Shown here in pieces: positions 39,097-50,904 of a stretch of 64,000 bases of DNA. A program made the translations under genes and the position numbers. The notes below the pieces were generated by a model. The model worked only from the letters and a program-made list of their open reading frames with translations, had not been told where the DNA came from and did no database searches. The stretch is taken from contig NC_043024.1 of the NCBI RefSeq assembly GCF_006345805.1, positions 8,122,001 through 8,186,000 on the forward strand. The letters are read 5' to 3'. Positions within the stretch are counted from its first letter, which is position 1. Each line of letters opens with the position of its first letter. Source of the DNA: Octopus sinensis (lineage: Eukaryota).

Positions 39097-39679
39097 CTGA
39101 CATGATACAGAATATCTTGAGATGCACAGTCGGAGTTCAATCACCCTGGGTGGAAAATTGCTTTTGAGTGCGAAATAGAAACAATGGCCACCACCACCAA
39201 CAACAACACCCCAACCAAGACTATCACTCCACACCACCAAAACCATCTCCACAACCACCAAAACCACATCCATGACCACCAAAACCACCACCACCATCAT
39301 CATTCCATGGGTATCTTGTTTATCTCGCAATGGTTATCGACAATGAACTGATGGCTCTTGCATTGTATTATGAGATAATATATTATAATATATTATAATG
39401 TATTATAATGTATTATAATATATTATAATGTATTATGTACTTTAATATCGACCCCAACAAACAGATTGACCATCACTGTTACAGTTATTGTTGTTGTCGT
39501 TGTTGTAATTATTGTTTACGTTTAATTATCTCAAAATACTCGTTATCTATGAATTGTTGTCGGACAAATAAATAATGCCGTTTAGTTAATCAGTGGAGTA
39601 AAGTACCAATTAAGATTAAATGCGGTTTTTGCTTGATTTTGTTTTGTTTTGGTTTTAGCAATTTCTATAATTAATTAAC

Positions 39680-40400
<721 letters not shown>

Positions 40401-40491
40401 ATTTATCATTATTACCTGGTAAACACATAAAGGTGTTTTCGACAGAATCCCACCACACTTTGTAAATGTTGAATTCTACTAAACCATCAGC

Positions 40492-40630
40492 ATGACCAAA
40501 CTTTCAAGAAACTTTCTTTTGGCACCGAGCCACTTGGTGACATTTTTGGTCCTGGCATTGACCACCATCGCTGTGTCAGGCCGTCACCTGTCGAGTGGAC
40601 CTCAACCGGAGCAAATACATATCTCCTATG
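40492..40630 (+). CDS. ACP7: Purple acid phosphatase (ACP7/PAPL-like) leader exon 1A: signal peptide plus QPEQIHISYG
   Basis: MTKLSRNFLLAPSHLVTFLVLALTTIAVSGRHLSSGPQPEQIHISY-G|gtaaga. Hydrophobic signal peptide; PEQIHISY matches the PEQVHLSY start of the ACP7 FN3-like domain; phase-1 GT donor is compatible with exon 63061. Confidence 0.85.
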
Positions 40631-40788
40631 GTAAGACCTTAATTAGTTTGCTTTCGTTGTTTGTTTTTACTGTTGTTAATGATGCTATTATCATCATCAT
40701 CATCGTCATATTCATCATCATCTCCATCATTGTCAACATCATTCACATCATCATCATCATCATCTATCAGTATACTACAGCCAGCACC

Positions 40789-41780
40789 AATACCTATTTC
40801 TTTACTACCCACAAGGGGCTAAACATAGAGGGGACAAACAAAGACAGACAAACGGATTAAGTCGATTATATCGACCCCAGTGCATAACTGGTACTTACTT
40901 TATCGACCCCCGAAAGGATGAAAGGCAAAGTCGACCTAGGCGGAATTTGAACAGACAACGTAACGGCAGACGAAATACCTATTTCTTTACTACCCACAAG
41001 GGGCTACACACAGAGGGGACAAACAAGGACAGACAACTGGATTAAGCCAATTATATCGACCCCAGTGCATAACTGGTACTTATTTAATCAACCCCGAAAG
41101 GATGAAAGGCAAAGTCGACCTTGGCGGAATTTGAACTCAGAACATAACGGCAGACGAAATACCTATTTCTTTACTACCCACAAGGGGCTAAACATAGAGG
41201 GGACAAACAAGGACAGACAAATGGATTAAGTTGATTATATCGACCCCAGTGTGTAACTGGTACTTATTTAATCGACCCCGAAAGTATGAAAGGCAAAGTC
41301 GACCTCGGCGGAATTTGAACTCAATGTAAAAAGACAGACGAAATACCTATTTCTTTATTACCCACAAGGGGCTAAAGATAGAGGGGACAAACAAGGACAG
41401 ATAAACTGATTAAGTCGATTATATTGACCCCAGTGCATAACTGGTACTTATTTAATCAACCCCGAAAGGATGAAAGGCAAAGTCGACCTCGGCGGAATTT
41501 GAACTCAGAACGTAAAAATACAGACGAAATACCTATTTCTTTATTACCCACCAGGGGCTAAACACAGAGAGGACAAACAAGGACAGACAAAGGGATTAAA
41601 CCAATTATATCGACCCCAGTGCATAACTGGTACTTATTTAATTGACCCCGAAAGGATGAAAGGCAAAGTCGACCTCAGCGGAAAGGACAGACAAATATAT
41701 TAAGTTGATTATATCGACCCCAGTGCATAACTGGTACTTAATTTATCGACCCCGAAAGGATGAAAGGCAAAGTCGACCTT
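40789..41780 (-). mobile_element. SINE-D headless tandem array, about 5 units of ~185 bp
   Basis: 'aatacctatttc' at 40789, 40974, 41158, 41342, 41528. Confidence 0.85.
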
Positions 41781-41786
41781 GGCATT

Positions 41787-42570
41787 TAGATTAGGTTTGT
41801 TACAGGATAATAGTCATTGGATGGCAGCAATGTCAGATGCTTCTGTGTCTTGCACAGTAGGCAATTCAAGAACTCTGTTTGCCATTCTCCTTAAATACTG
41901 TGATTTAGAGGATCCAGCATCAACATGGCTAAGATACAGAAGTTATCTTGTGGAAGATTACAAGTACCAGATTCAGTTGCAATATCCTGGTACGAAAATA
42001 GAATGCAGTGACGAAATCTATAATGCCACATTAATGGTAATTGAAGACATAGTTGTTTCTCTGAAGGGAAATGAATTGTATGAGTATGGACTTCCTGATA
42101 TCAATTGTTCTGACCTCAATAATTTAGCAATATTTCTATTAAATGAAACTTCCTGTGACACTGAAGACCACTCAAGATCACCATCATCATCATCATCGTT
42201 TAACGTCCGCTTTCCATGCTGGCATGGGTTGGACGATTTTGACTGAGGGCTGGCGAACCAGATGGCTGCCCCAGGCTCCAGTCTCGATCTGGCAGAGTTT
42301 CTACAGCTGGATGCCCTTCCTAACGCCAACCACTCCGAAAGTATAGTGGGTGCTTTTTATGTGCCACCGGCATGGGCACCAACCAGGTAGTACTGGCAAC
42401 GACCTCGCTCGAATCTTTTTACACGTGCCACCGGCACAGGTGCCAGTGAAGCGACGTTGGTAACGATCACGCTCGAATGGTGATGTTAGTGAAAATGAAC
42501 TTAAATTGTTGCCTGAACAAAAAGTATTTAACAATGCTACACTTGAAAAGCAACATTTGATACATCAAAA
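41787..42570 (+). mobile_element. Helitron Rep/helicase relic interrupted by SINE-B (42178-42482)
   Basis: RLGLLQDNSHWMAAMSDASVSC...RTLFAILLKYCDLEDPASTW...IYNATLMVIEDIVVSLKGNELYEYGLP...LLNETSCD, resuming VSENELKLLPEQK. This matches the LGLL.DD.W..EA...R.LFAILL...P..LW...YN..L..IED...GLP...ETSYD linker before the Helitron PIF1 helicase (recognised from memory). Confidence 0.75.
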
Positions 42571-42668
42571 TACTCTACTCTTTACTCTTTTACTTGTTTT
42601 ACTTGCCTAACCAACGGCTTGTCTTGTCTGCCAACCAAGGTTACACAAAGGAAAGAAAACTTAGAATA

Positions 42669-43620
42669 CATCATCATCGTTTAACGTCCGCTTTCCATGT
42701 TAGCATGGGTTGGACGGTTTTGACTGAGGTCTGGCAAACCAGATGGCTGCACCAGGTTCCAATCTTGATCTGGCAGAGTTTCTACAGCTGGATGCCCTTC
42801 CTAACACCAACCACTCCGAAAGTATGGTGGGTGCTTTTACATGCCACCGGCACGGGGGCCAGTCAGGCGATACTGGCAATGGCCACGCTCAAATGGTGCT
42901 TTTTATGTGCCACCTGCACAGGAGCCAGTCCAGCGGCACTGGCAACAACCTCGCTCGAATGTTTTTTCACATGCCACCAGCACAAGTGCTAGTAAGGCAA
43001 CGCAGGTAATGATCGCGCTCAAATGATGTTTTTAATGTGCCATTGGCTCGGAGGCCAGCTTGTTGCTCTGGCCCCATCTCACTCGTATGGTACTCTTAAT
43101 ACCAAGCGGTACTGTCAGGTGGTACATCATTACCTGATATGCCTGATTATATTTTTGCTGACCATGTACTAAATGTCCTTTTACATTTTTTTCTTTCACC
43201 TGTCCGAGATATACTCTTACTCTTTTACTTGTTTCAGTCATTTTGACTGTGGCCATGCTGGAGCACCGCCTTTAGTTGAGCAAATCGACCCCGGGACTTA
43301 TTCTTTATAAGCCCAGTACTTATTCTATCGGTCTCTTTTGCTGAACCGCTAAGTAACAGGGACATAAACACACCAGCATCGGTTGTCAAGCAATGCTAGG
43401 GGGACAAACACAGACACACACAAACGCACACATATATATACATACATACATATATACGACTGGCTTCTTTCAGTTTCCGTTGATCAAATCCACTCACAAG
43501 GCTTTGGTCGGCCCGGGGCTATAGCAGAAGACACTTGCCCAAGGTGCCATGCAGTGGGACTGAACCCGGAACCATGTGGTTGGTAAGCAAGCTACTTACC
43601 ACACAGCCACTCCTGCACCT
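42669..43620 (-). mobile_element. SINE-B (42669-43030) and SINE-A (43213-43620)
   Basis: Family motifs as above. Confidence 0.8.
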
Positions 43621-43787
43621 ATTTGACTGACTATACATTACAACAAACATCATATTTCCCATTGTAGCTTTCTTGTTGCAATTCTCTCTCACTGAGAAAA
43701 CAGATTTATATGATAGCTGAGGTATCTAGGTTGAAAAGCCAACTTTTGCTTGGCAGCTATTAACAGGCATTGGCCAATCCAGTTTCC

Positions 43788-44535
43788 TATACCTATTTCT
43801 TTATTACCCACAAGGAGCTAAACACAGAGAAGACAGACAAGGACAGACAAATGGATTAAGTCGATTACTTTGACTCCAGTGCGTAACTGGTACTTAATTT
43901 ATCGACCCCGAAAGGATGAAAGGCAAAGTCGACCTCGGCGGAATTTGAACTCAGAACATAACAGCAGACGAAATACCTATTTCTTTACTACCCACAAGGG
44001 GCTAAACACAGAGGGGAGAAACAAGGACAGCGAAACGGATTAAGTCGATTATATCGACCCCAGTGCGTAACTGGTACTTAATTTATCGACCCCGAAATGA
44101 TGAAAGGCAAAGTCGACCTCAGCGGAATTTGAACTCAGAATGAAAAGACAGACGAAATACCTATTTCTTTACTACCCACAAGGGGCTAAACAGAGAGGGG
44201 ACAAACAAGAACAGACAAAGGGATTAAGTCGATTACATCGACCCCAGTGCGTAACTGGTACTTAATTTATCGACCCCGAAATGATGAAAGGCAAAGTCGA
44301 CCTCGGCGGAATTTGAACTCAGAACATAACAGCAGACGAAATACCTATTTCTTTACTAAACACAGAAGGGACAAACAAGGACGGACAAATGGATTAAGTC
44401 GATTACATCGACCCCAGTGCGTAAGTGGTACTTAATTTATCGACCCCGAAAGGATGAAAGGCAAAATCGACCTCGGCTGAATTTGAACTACGCATTTCGC
44501 CCGGCGTGCTAACGTCTCTGCCAGCTCGCCGCCTT
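43788..44535 (-). mobile_element. SINE-D tandem array, about 4 units plus head
   Basis: Repeating ~185-bp body; head gcatttcgcccggcgtgctaacg...gccgcctt at ~44493-44535. Confidence 0.85.
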
Positions 44536-44829
44536 TTACACAAACCGTACCAAAGAGAGTGAAATATCGATCCACAGCCATAAAATACATTTACAACAGC
44601 CGTCAAAAAATACTAAAACGCAGAATAAAAAGGGAAACGGAAAGAGTGATTAAGTGAATTGATATCACAAGGGTGATAACTGTTACATAGCGACCTGAAA
44701 AACAAACGGTGGGGGGGGGGGAGAAGAAAAATAACAAAAGAAGTGGAGTGAGACCTCAAATACTAACAACATAAGGAAGTAACTAAACTCGTGATATATT
44801 GACATTTAATTATATTTCTACTTCATACT

Positions 44830-44942
44830 CTGAACAATCAATCTGGTGACAAGATAGTTGGAAGTCTGGAAGCCTAGCCTTTTCCCACACAGACCTATAA
44901 CTACATATATAATTACATATTTATACTTTATATACGGTCGTG
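44830..44942 (+). promoter_or_regulatory. Putative proximal promoter/5'UTR of exon 1B, conserved upstream of exon 1C (47893-47960 plus 48166-48191)
   Basis: 'caatcaatctggtgacaag.tagttggaag.ctggaagcctagccttt.cccacacagacctata' and 'atttatactttatatacggtcgtgATG' are near-identical in both cassettes, whereas sequence further upstream is much more diverged. Confidence 0.45.
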
Positions 44943-45099
44943 ATGGAGATTCCGGGTCCCTATGATAGCAGGAGATTCGCTATTTTGTTATTGTCATTCT
45001 ACAACGTTTTGTTGCTTTGTTCGACTACACCTATCTACGATGGTTACCCTACAACTAAATTCGACCCTTATCAGCCCGAACAGATACACATCGCTTATG
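44943..45099 (+). CDS. ACP7: ACP7-like alternative leader exon 1B (GC donor)
   Basis: MEIPGPYDSRRFAILLLSFYNVLLLCSTTPIYDGYPTTKFDPYQPEQIHIAY-G|gcaagt. 157 nt, phase 1, donor at the same position as 1A, hydrophobic N-terminal stretch. Confidence 0.75.
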
Positions 45100-45489
45100 G
45101 CAAGTTCCTTTTATTAATTCAATTAATGTTTTTTTCTTATTCACAAATGTCATTTATATCGTCTCACGGACACTTTCCTTTTTGGATCTTTTAGGTTTGA
45201 ACGGCAGTTTTTTTCTAGCAGTGTCATATGAAATTGTCACCCCTAATTATAACCTTAGTATCGATCTATTGCATTTCAATCTATTTTAGGGTTAGGGTTA
45301 GGGGGAAGGGTATCTTTTTTTCTTCTTCGCCGCTTTATAAATACATTCTACCAGTATACGAAGTTTAAAAGTGTTTAGTTACGTGGAAATTATTTTTAAA
45401 AAATGCCGTTCAAACCGAAAAGATCCTTATTATTATTGTTATCATCATCATTATCATCATCATCATCATCATCATTATCATCAGTATTA

Positions 45490-45630
45490 TTATTATTCAT
45501 CTTAAGATCTGTTGTATCTTCCAGTGGCTTGCTGCATGCTGTCTATGGTACTCTGTTATTTGTTTTTTCAACTATCTAATACTTACCTGATTATTCTGGT
45601 CGTGCCCAAGCAGGCAAGCCATCTTTTGGG
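45490..45630 (-). mobile_element. R4/Dong-like 3' terminal fragment with (AAT)n tail
   Basis: Minus strand ..ACLGTTRIIR*VLDS* resembles the LLGTARILRKVL C-terminus of R4-clade proteins; followed by a short UTR and aataataat. Confidence 0.45.
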
Positions 45631-45819
45631 TTAATGACCTGGAAATGAAATGCGCGCAAAGCAACGGGAGGGTGCGGAGAATTCGGAAAATTCACAAGGT
45701 CTGAGTTTTTCCCACATAAATTTTAGGAACATGAGATTTCTTTTCAATGAAATTTGATAGAAATACCATTTCTATTATACATTACTATTTACATTACCAT
45801 TATAAAGAAATTTTAAAAA

Positions 45820-46334
45820 AATAATAATAATGAAATTTTTGTATACAGTGCTCAGGTGCACCACAACTTGTCAGAAAGTGCGTATAAAGCATATGCAGTA
45901 ATGTACAAATGTCTGGGAAGTGAACAGTGTATGAGTCAGATACATGCATGCGTGTGTATGGAGGGGAGAAAATCAGGTGTAGTGTTGGCGAATCTCAGGA
46001 AGCATGGAAGTTTTGAAGGATGCAGTGCTCCGACAACTAACAACTGATGCCGGCAGTTTGTTCCATACTTCAGCAACTCTTAGGGTGAAAAAATGTTTCT
46101 GAAAGAAAATTTAATTATTTTAATAATAATAATAATGAAATTACTGTATACAGTGCTCAGGTGAACCACAACTTGTCAGAAAGTGCGTATAAAGCATATG
46201 CAGTAATGTACAAATGTCTGGGAAGTGAACAGTGTATGAGTCTGATACATGCATGCGTGTGTATGGAGGGGAGAAAATCAGTAGTGTTGGCGAATGTCAG
46301 GAAGCATGGAAGTTTTGAAGGATGCAGTGCTCCG
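45820..46334 (-). mobile_element. Two tandem CR1 3'-end fragments
   Basis: Near-identical to 4826-5100 at 45820-46105 and 46123-46334. Confidence 0.8.
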
Positions 46335-46904
46335 TGGGTTAACCATTTGGGTCATTGTTTACAACTTGACCCGAAAAGGAAAATCCCCCCCCCCCAAATA
46401 CTGGAATGGGTGTAAAACAATGTGTAGTAAAGGAATATGGAAAAAAAAACAAAAAGAAATGCGCGCAAAGCAACGGGTGGGTGGGGAGAGGACTTCGGAA
46501 AATTCACAAGATCCAAGCTTTTCCCTCGTAACTTTGAGGAAAATGAAATTTTTTCCAACGAAATTTTTGTATAAATACTTTTCCAAGAGGGTGAGGAGAG
46601 GACTTCGGGAAATTCGCAAAATCCGAGTTTTCAATAATTTTTTATGTTTTGGCTTCAATTTTATTTCATTTTCAATTATTTTTACGCTTTTTTAACCATT
46701 CGTCGTTATTACTTTCTCCCCCCCTCTCTCTCTCTCTATCTATCTATATATATATATATATATGTATATATGTCCATAATCTCAAACGAGATTATTCCTG
46801 CCGTGTTTCTCAAACAGTGAGGATATCAGAGACCGCTACAGTTACCAAGAAATTATGTTACAAACTGCCGTTCAAACCGAAAAGATCCTGGGTTTACAAT
46901 AGCC

Positions 46905-47292
46905 ATGTGGAAGCACTCCGTCGGTTACGACGACGAGGGTTCCGGTTGATCCGATCAACGGAACAGCCTGCTCGTGAAATTAACGTGTAAGTGGCTGAGC
47001 ACTCCACAGACATGTGTACCCTTAACGTAGTTCTCGGGGATATTCAGCGTGACACAGAGAGTGACAAGGCCGGCCCTTTGAAATACAGGTACAACAGAAA
47101 CAAGAAGTAAGAGTGAGAGAATGTTGTGGTGAAAGAGTACTGCAGGGATCACCACCATCTCCTGCCGGAGCCTCGTGGAGCTTTTAGGTGTTTTCACTCA
47201 ATAAACACTCACAACGCCCGGTCTGGGAATCGAAACCGCGATCCTACGACCGCGAGTCCGCGGCCCTAACCACTGGGCCATTGCGCCTCCAC
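46905..47292 (-). mobile_element. SINE-C long variant
   Basis: Head tggaggcgcaatggcccagtggttagggccgcggactcgcgg on the - strand ending at ~47292. Confidence 0.8.
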
Positions 47293-47537
47293 ACAATATG
47301 TTTCTTTATTACCCACAAGGGGCTAAACACAGAGGGGACAAACAAGGACAGACAAAGGGATTAAGTCGATTACATCTGGTACTTTATTTATCGACCCCGA
47401 AAGGATGAAAGGCAAAGTCAACCCTGGCGGAATTTGAACTCAGAACGTAACTACAGAAGAAATACTGCTAGGCATTTTGCCCGGCGTGCTAACGATTCTG
47501 CCAGCTTGCCGCCTTAAAAAAGCAAGCATACACACAC

Positions 47538-47610
47538 TGCCGAAACCCGGGATCGAACCAGGGACCTTTAGATCTTCAGTCTAACGCTCTCCCAACTGAG
47601 CTATTTCGCC
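47538..47610 (-). tRNA. tRNA-Phe(GAA), 73 nt, one acceptor-stem mismatch (G2:G71)
   Basis: GGCGAAATAGCTCAGTTGGGAGAGCGTTAGACTGAAGATCTAAAGGTCCCTGGTTCGATCCCGGGTTTCGGCA. As I recall the canonical metazoan tRNA-Phe, it differs only at position 2 (C->G). Anticodon GAA at 47575-47577; T6 Pol III terminator 16 nt downstream (47516-47521). Confidence 0.92.
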
Positions 47611-48191
47611 TCCACACAATAGCCATAAAAATACACAGACTGCAGTGAAAAAGAGGGAAAGAGAATATGAGTGAGAGACGGAGGGAGGAAGGGGGAGAGA
47701 TTAAATCTAATTAGAATATCAAGGGAGATAACTATCACAAGTGTTAACGTAGCGTCATGAGAAACAGGAAAGAAAGAAGAAAAAATGTCAAAAGCTGTGA
47801 AACGATAAACAATAATAATAACAACAAAGGAAGAATGTAACTAACCATCGTGATATATCGACATTTAAATATATATATATGTACTTTACATTCTGAGCAA
47901 TCAATCTGGTGACAAGGTAGTTGGAAGCCTGGAAGCCTAGCCTTTACCCACACAGACCTATATATCTTATATAATTATATTGTATAGAGGGCATTATTAC
48001 ACATAAATGCCCCACGCTAAGAGGGACATAAGTCATTACTACCGAAATTTAACTAATCATACCTAATGCAGTTCCCGAAGCAAGACATTTAAAAAAAACT
48101 GATAATTTCTTGTTGTTAAGATTCCTTATCAAGATTTTATCCTTAATTGTTATTATATAATTATAATATTTATACTTTATATACGGTCGTG

Positions 48192-48348
48192 ATGGAGATT
48201 CCGGGTCCCTATGATAGCAGGAGATTCGCTATTTTGTTATTGTCATTCTACAATGTTTTGTTGCTTTGTTCGACCACATCTGTTTACAATGGTTACACTA
48301 CAACTAAATTCGACCCTTATCAGCCCGAACAGATACACATCGCTTATG
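48192..48348 (+). CDS. ACP7: ACP7-like alternative leader exon 1C (GC donor)
   Basis: MEIPGPYDSRRFAILLLSFYNVLLLCSTTSVYNGYTTTKFDPYQPEQIHIAY-G|gcaagt. 150/157 nt identical to 1B; intact frame; phase 1. Confidence 0.75.
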
Positions 48349-48454
48349 GCAAGTTCCTTTTATTTAATTCAATTAATGCTTTATTTAAATTCACAAATGT
48401 TATTTTTATTCGTCTCACGGCCGTCTTCCTTTTCGTCTGGCCAACTTTCTTACA

Positions 48455-48569
48455 ATGTTCTTCTTTTTAAAAAGATCATCATCATCATCATCATCATCAT
48501 CATTATTATTATTATTCAACCCTATTAAATTCAACCCTTATCAGCCCGAACAGATACACATCGCTTATG
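48455..48569 (+). CDS. ACP7: Partial fourth leader copy 1D (3' part of exon plus GC donor); in-frame ATG supplied through a (TCA)/(TTA) microsatellite
   Basis: MFFFLKRSSSSSSSSSLLLLFNPIKFNPYQPEQIHIAY-G|gcaagt. Homology to 1B/1C covers only ~48526-48582; it may be a pseudo-exon. Confidence 0.35.
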
Positions 48570-48578
48570 GCAAGTTCC

Positions 48579-48609
<31 letters not shown>

Positions 48610-48923
48610 GAGTGAGAGAGCAGTTCATGCCATCAAAGTGACGCTGGGGTAAAATATACGAAGCCCAATATACCCATCATGACTACCCGTCTGATAAGAG
48701 TACACCAGGCACATGCATCACAACCATATGTGTGCGACATGGTGATCTCATATCAAAATAAACAGCACATGACCTTGTAGGTGGGGCCCAATTAGAATTG
48801 TCTTCAGGTTGAGTAGCCCATCCCGCTCAAAAGGTCCCTGAATAAGGGTTGTTTAAGGATGTTGAAAGAACCACCCATGTTTCCAGAGGTGAATTATTCA
48901 AACCCCAAAGAATCCCTCTCAAC
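48610..48923. mobile_element. Truncated copy of an (ATT)n-embedded non-coding element (longer copy 58564-59121)
   Basis: 'gagtgagagagcag..catgccatcaaagtgac.ctggggtaaaatatacgaagccc' shared with 58564; (ATT)n on both sides. Confidence 0.75.
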
Positions 48924-48974
<51 letters not shown>

Positions 48975-49204
48975 GTTTTTTCCTTCTTTCTTCAAATTTC
49001 CTTCCGTTTCCCGCCGAGTGTTTTCCATACACCTCCAGGGCAGAGAAGGGCATTGTATGCATTCCCAGATTACACGCGCAAATTCACAGATAAAATATGT
49101 ATTTAAAGATTAATAGATAAATAAATTCATGGATGGATGTTATTTTCACAGCGATAGTGCTCTTCTCAGTACATGAGCCGTTCCAGTTAATACGATGGCA
49201 TTCT

Positions 49205-49515
49205 TTCGATATAAGTCGACAAAATCAAAACAGTTCACTTCGGGTGTTTCCGTGGGTTGTGGAGAATAGATATAACGAAATTATGCCAGCAATATCTCAT
49301 TTTAAACTTGTCCCATTCTATATAAGATCGTCCTGATCATAATAAAGATTTAATTTTAAACTTGAAGAAAAAAAAGCCTGGCATATTTGTTCTTAACCTG
49401 TTCATGTGTGTAAGTAAAACCCGCAAATTTCCAAGCAGAAAACAGAATCGATCTGTCATTTGCTTCCACGGAAATACCCGAAGTTCGTGTTTTGATTTTG
49501 TCGAGTTATATCGAA
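49205..49515. mobile_element. Probable MITE with ~50-bp imperfect TIRs
   Basis: ttcgatataagtcgacaaaatcaaaac..cttcgggtgtttccgtgg (49205-49255) versus ccacggaaatacccgaag..gttttgattttgtcgagttatatcgaa (49466-49515). Confidence 0.6.
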
Positions 49516-50513
49516 GGACTGTCCTATATTCCACACACAAAAGTACATAAAAAAAACAGAACACACTCGCGCACGCACGCACGTAGACAGGAGTGTTTAC
49601 AGTTGACAAGGCAGCACGTGCTCACGGAAACTGACAAAGTTCGTTGATTAGTCAGAGACTGGATCCGAAAGAATGCCAGATTGTTGACCTGTATGTACTT
49701 TTATCAATCCCGAAGGATGAAAGGCAAAACTTGGCCTAGGCGGAATTTGATAATGATGACGATGATGATGATAAAAATATGAGATTACCCGACTATGGAA
49801 AATGCAGGTGAAGACACTGGTAATAATCATTGGGTCCTCAGGGGCAGAATCAGAAGGTGTCATGAGGAATATAAGGGAAATTGGAATAGCGTGCCCTAGT
49901 AAAGCTGTTACAAAAGGTTCCAAGAAAACGAAACGGATCTTTTCGGTTTGAACGGCAGTTTTTTCTAGCGGTGTCGTATGAAATTGTCACTCATAATTAT
50001 GACCCTAGTATCGATCTATTGCATTTCAATCTGTTTTAGGGTTAGGGGTGGGGGAAGGGTATCTTTTTATTTCTTTACAAATGTAAATAAACTCAATCTG
50101 TTTCTTAAACGAGGGACATATTCATATGGCACAGAATGTTTTTTTTACCTCAATAGACGTCACTGATTGGTTGAAATTGCAGAAATTGAAGAAAAAAACC
50201 CCCAACAAATATCTTACAAACCATAGAATTTTCTCAATAAAGCCAAGAGAAAAAGATGTTTTATAAACACATTCTACCAGTATACGAAGTTTAAAAGTGT
50301 TTAGTTGATGATGATGATGAATCTTATCCCCCTCCACCATTCACTCCCACCAAACATGAAAGCTCCCTAGAAAGGCCAGAGGTGCTGTCCTTCCCTCCAC
50401 TGTCACTGTCATCACTACCACCCCAGCACCCTCAGATGAGATACATTCATTAAATTAGAGCCAGGAGATAAAGAGGGTAAGAGTATCATCGTTTGTCAAT
50501 GTTTCACGCGAAA

Positions 50514-50700
50514 TCATCATCATCATTGTTCGACCGTGGTCGAGACAAATGGAATTTACTATGTTACGCCAGACTTCACGGTCCATCATAGCATTGCGGA
50601 GGTCCTGTTGCTGGATGCCTGTATCCCTGGAGATTACATCAGGGTAGGAGAGTGTGCGCCCTCTCACGCGAAATACCTGACCTCAGGAGTTACTAGAAAC
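50514..50700 (-). mobile_element. RTE-clade LINE 3' end with (GAT)n tail
   Basis: RGRTLSYPDVISRDTGIQQQDLRNAMMDREVWRNIV followed by gatgatgat; typical RTE terminal pattern (AMxDRxxWR). Confidence 0.7.
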
Positions 50701-50904
50701 ATCTTTTTTATAGCGACTGTGAAAATGAAAAAAATTATTTAATTAAAATCAATAGAAATAAATTTAATGTCAACAACATTGTCATGTAATCAATAGAATC
50801 AACAACAGGAGACGTGCAGCAGCTTGGGTAAGCCTTCTATTATAGCTCTAGGCTGACTCAATGTCTTGTGAGTGCATTTGGTTGACAGAAACTGAAAGAA
50901 ACCA

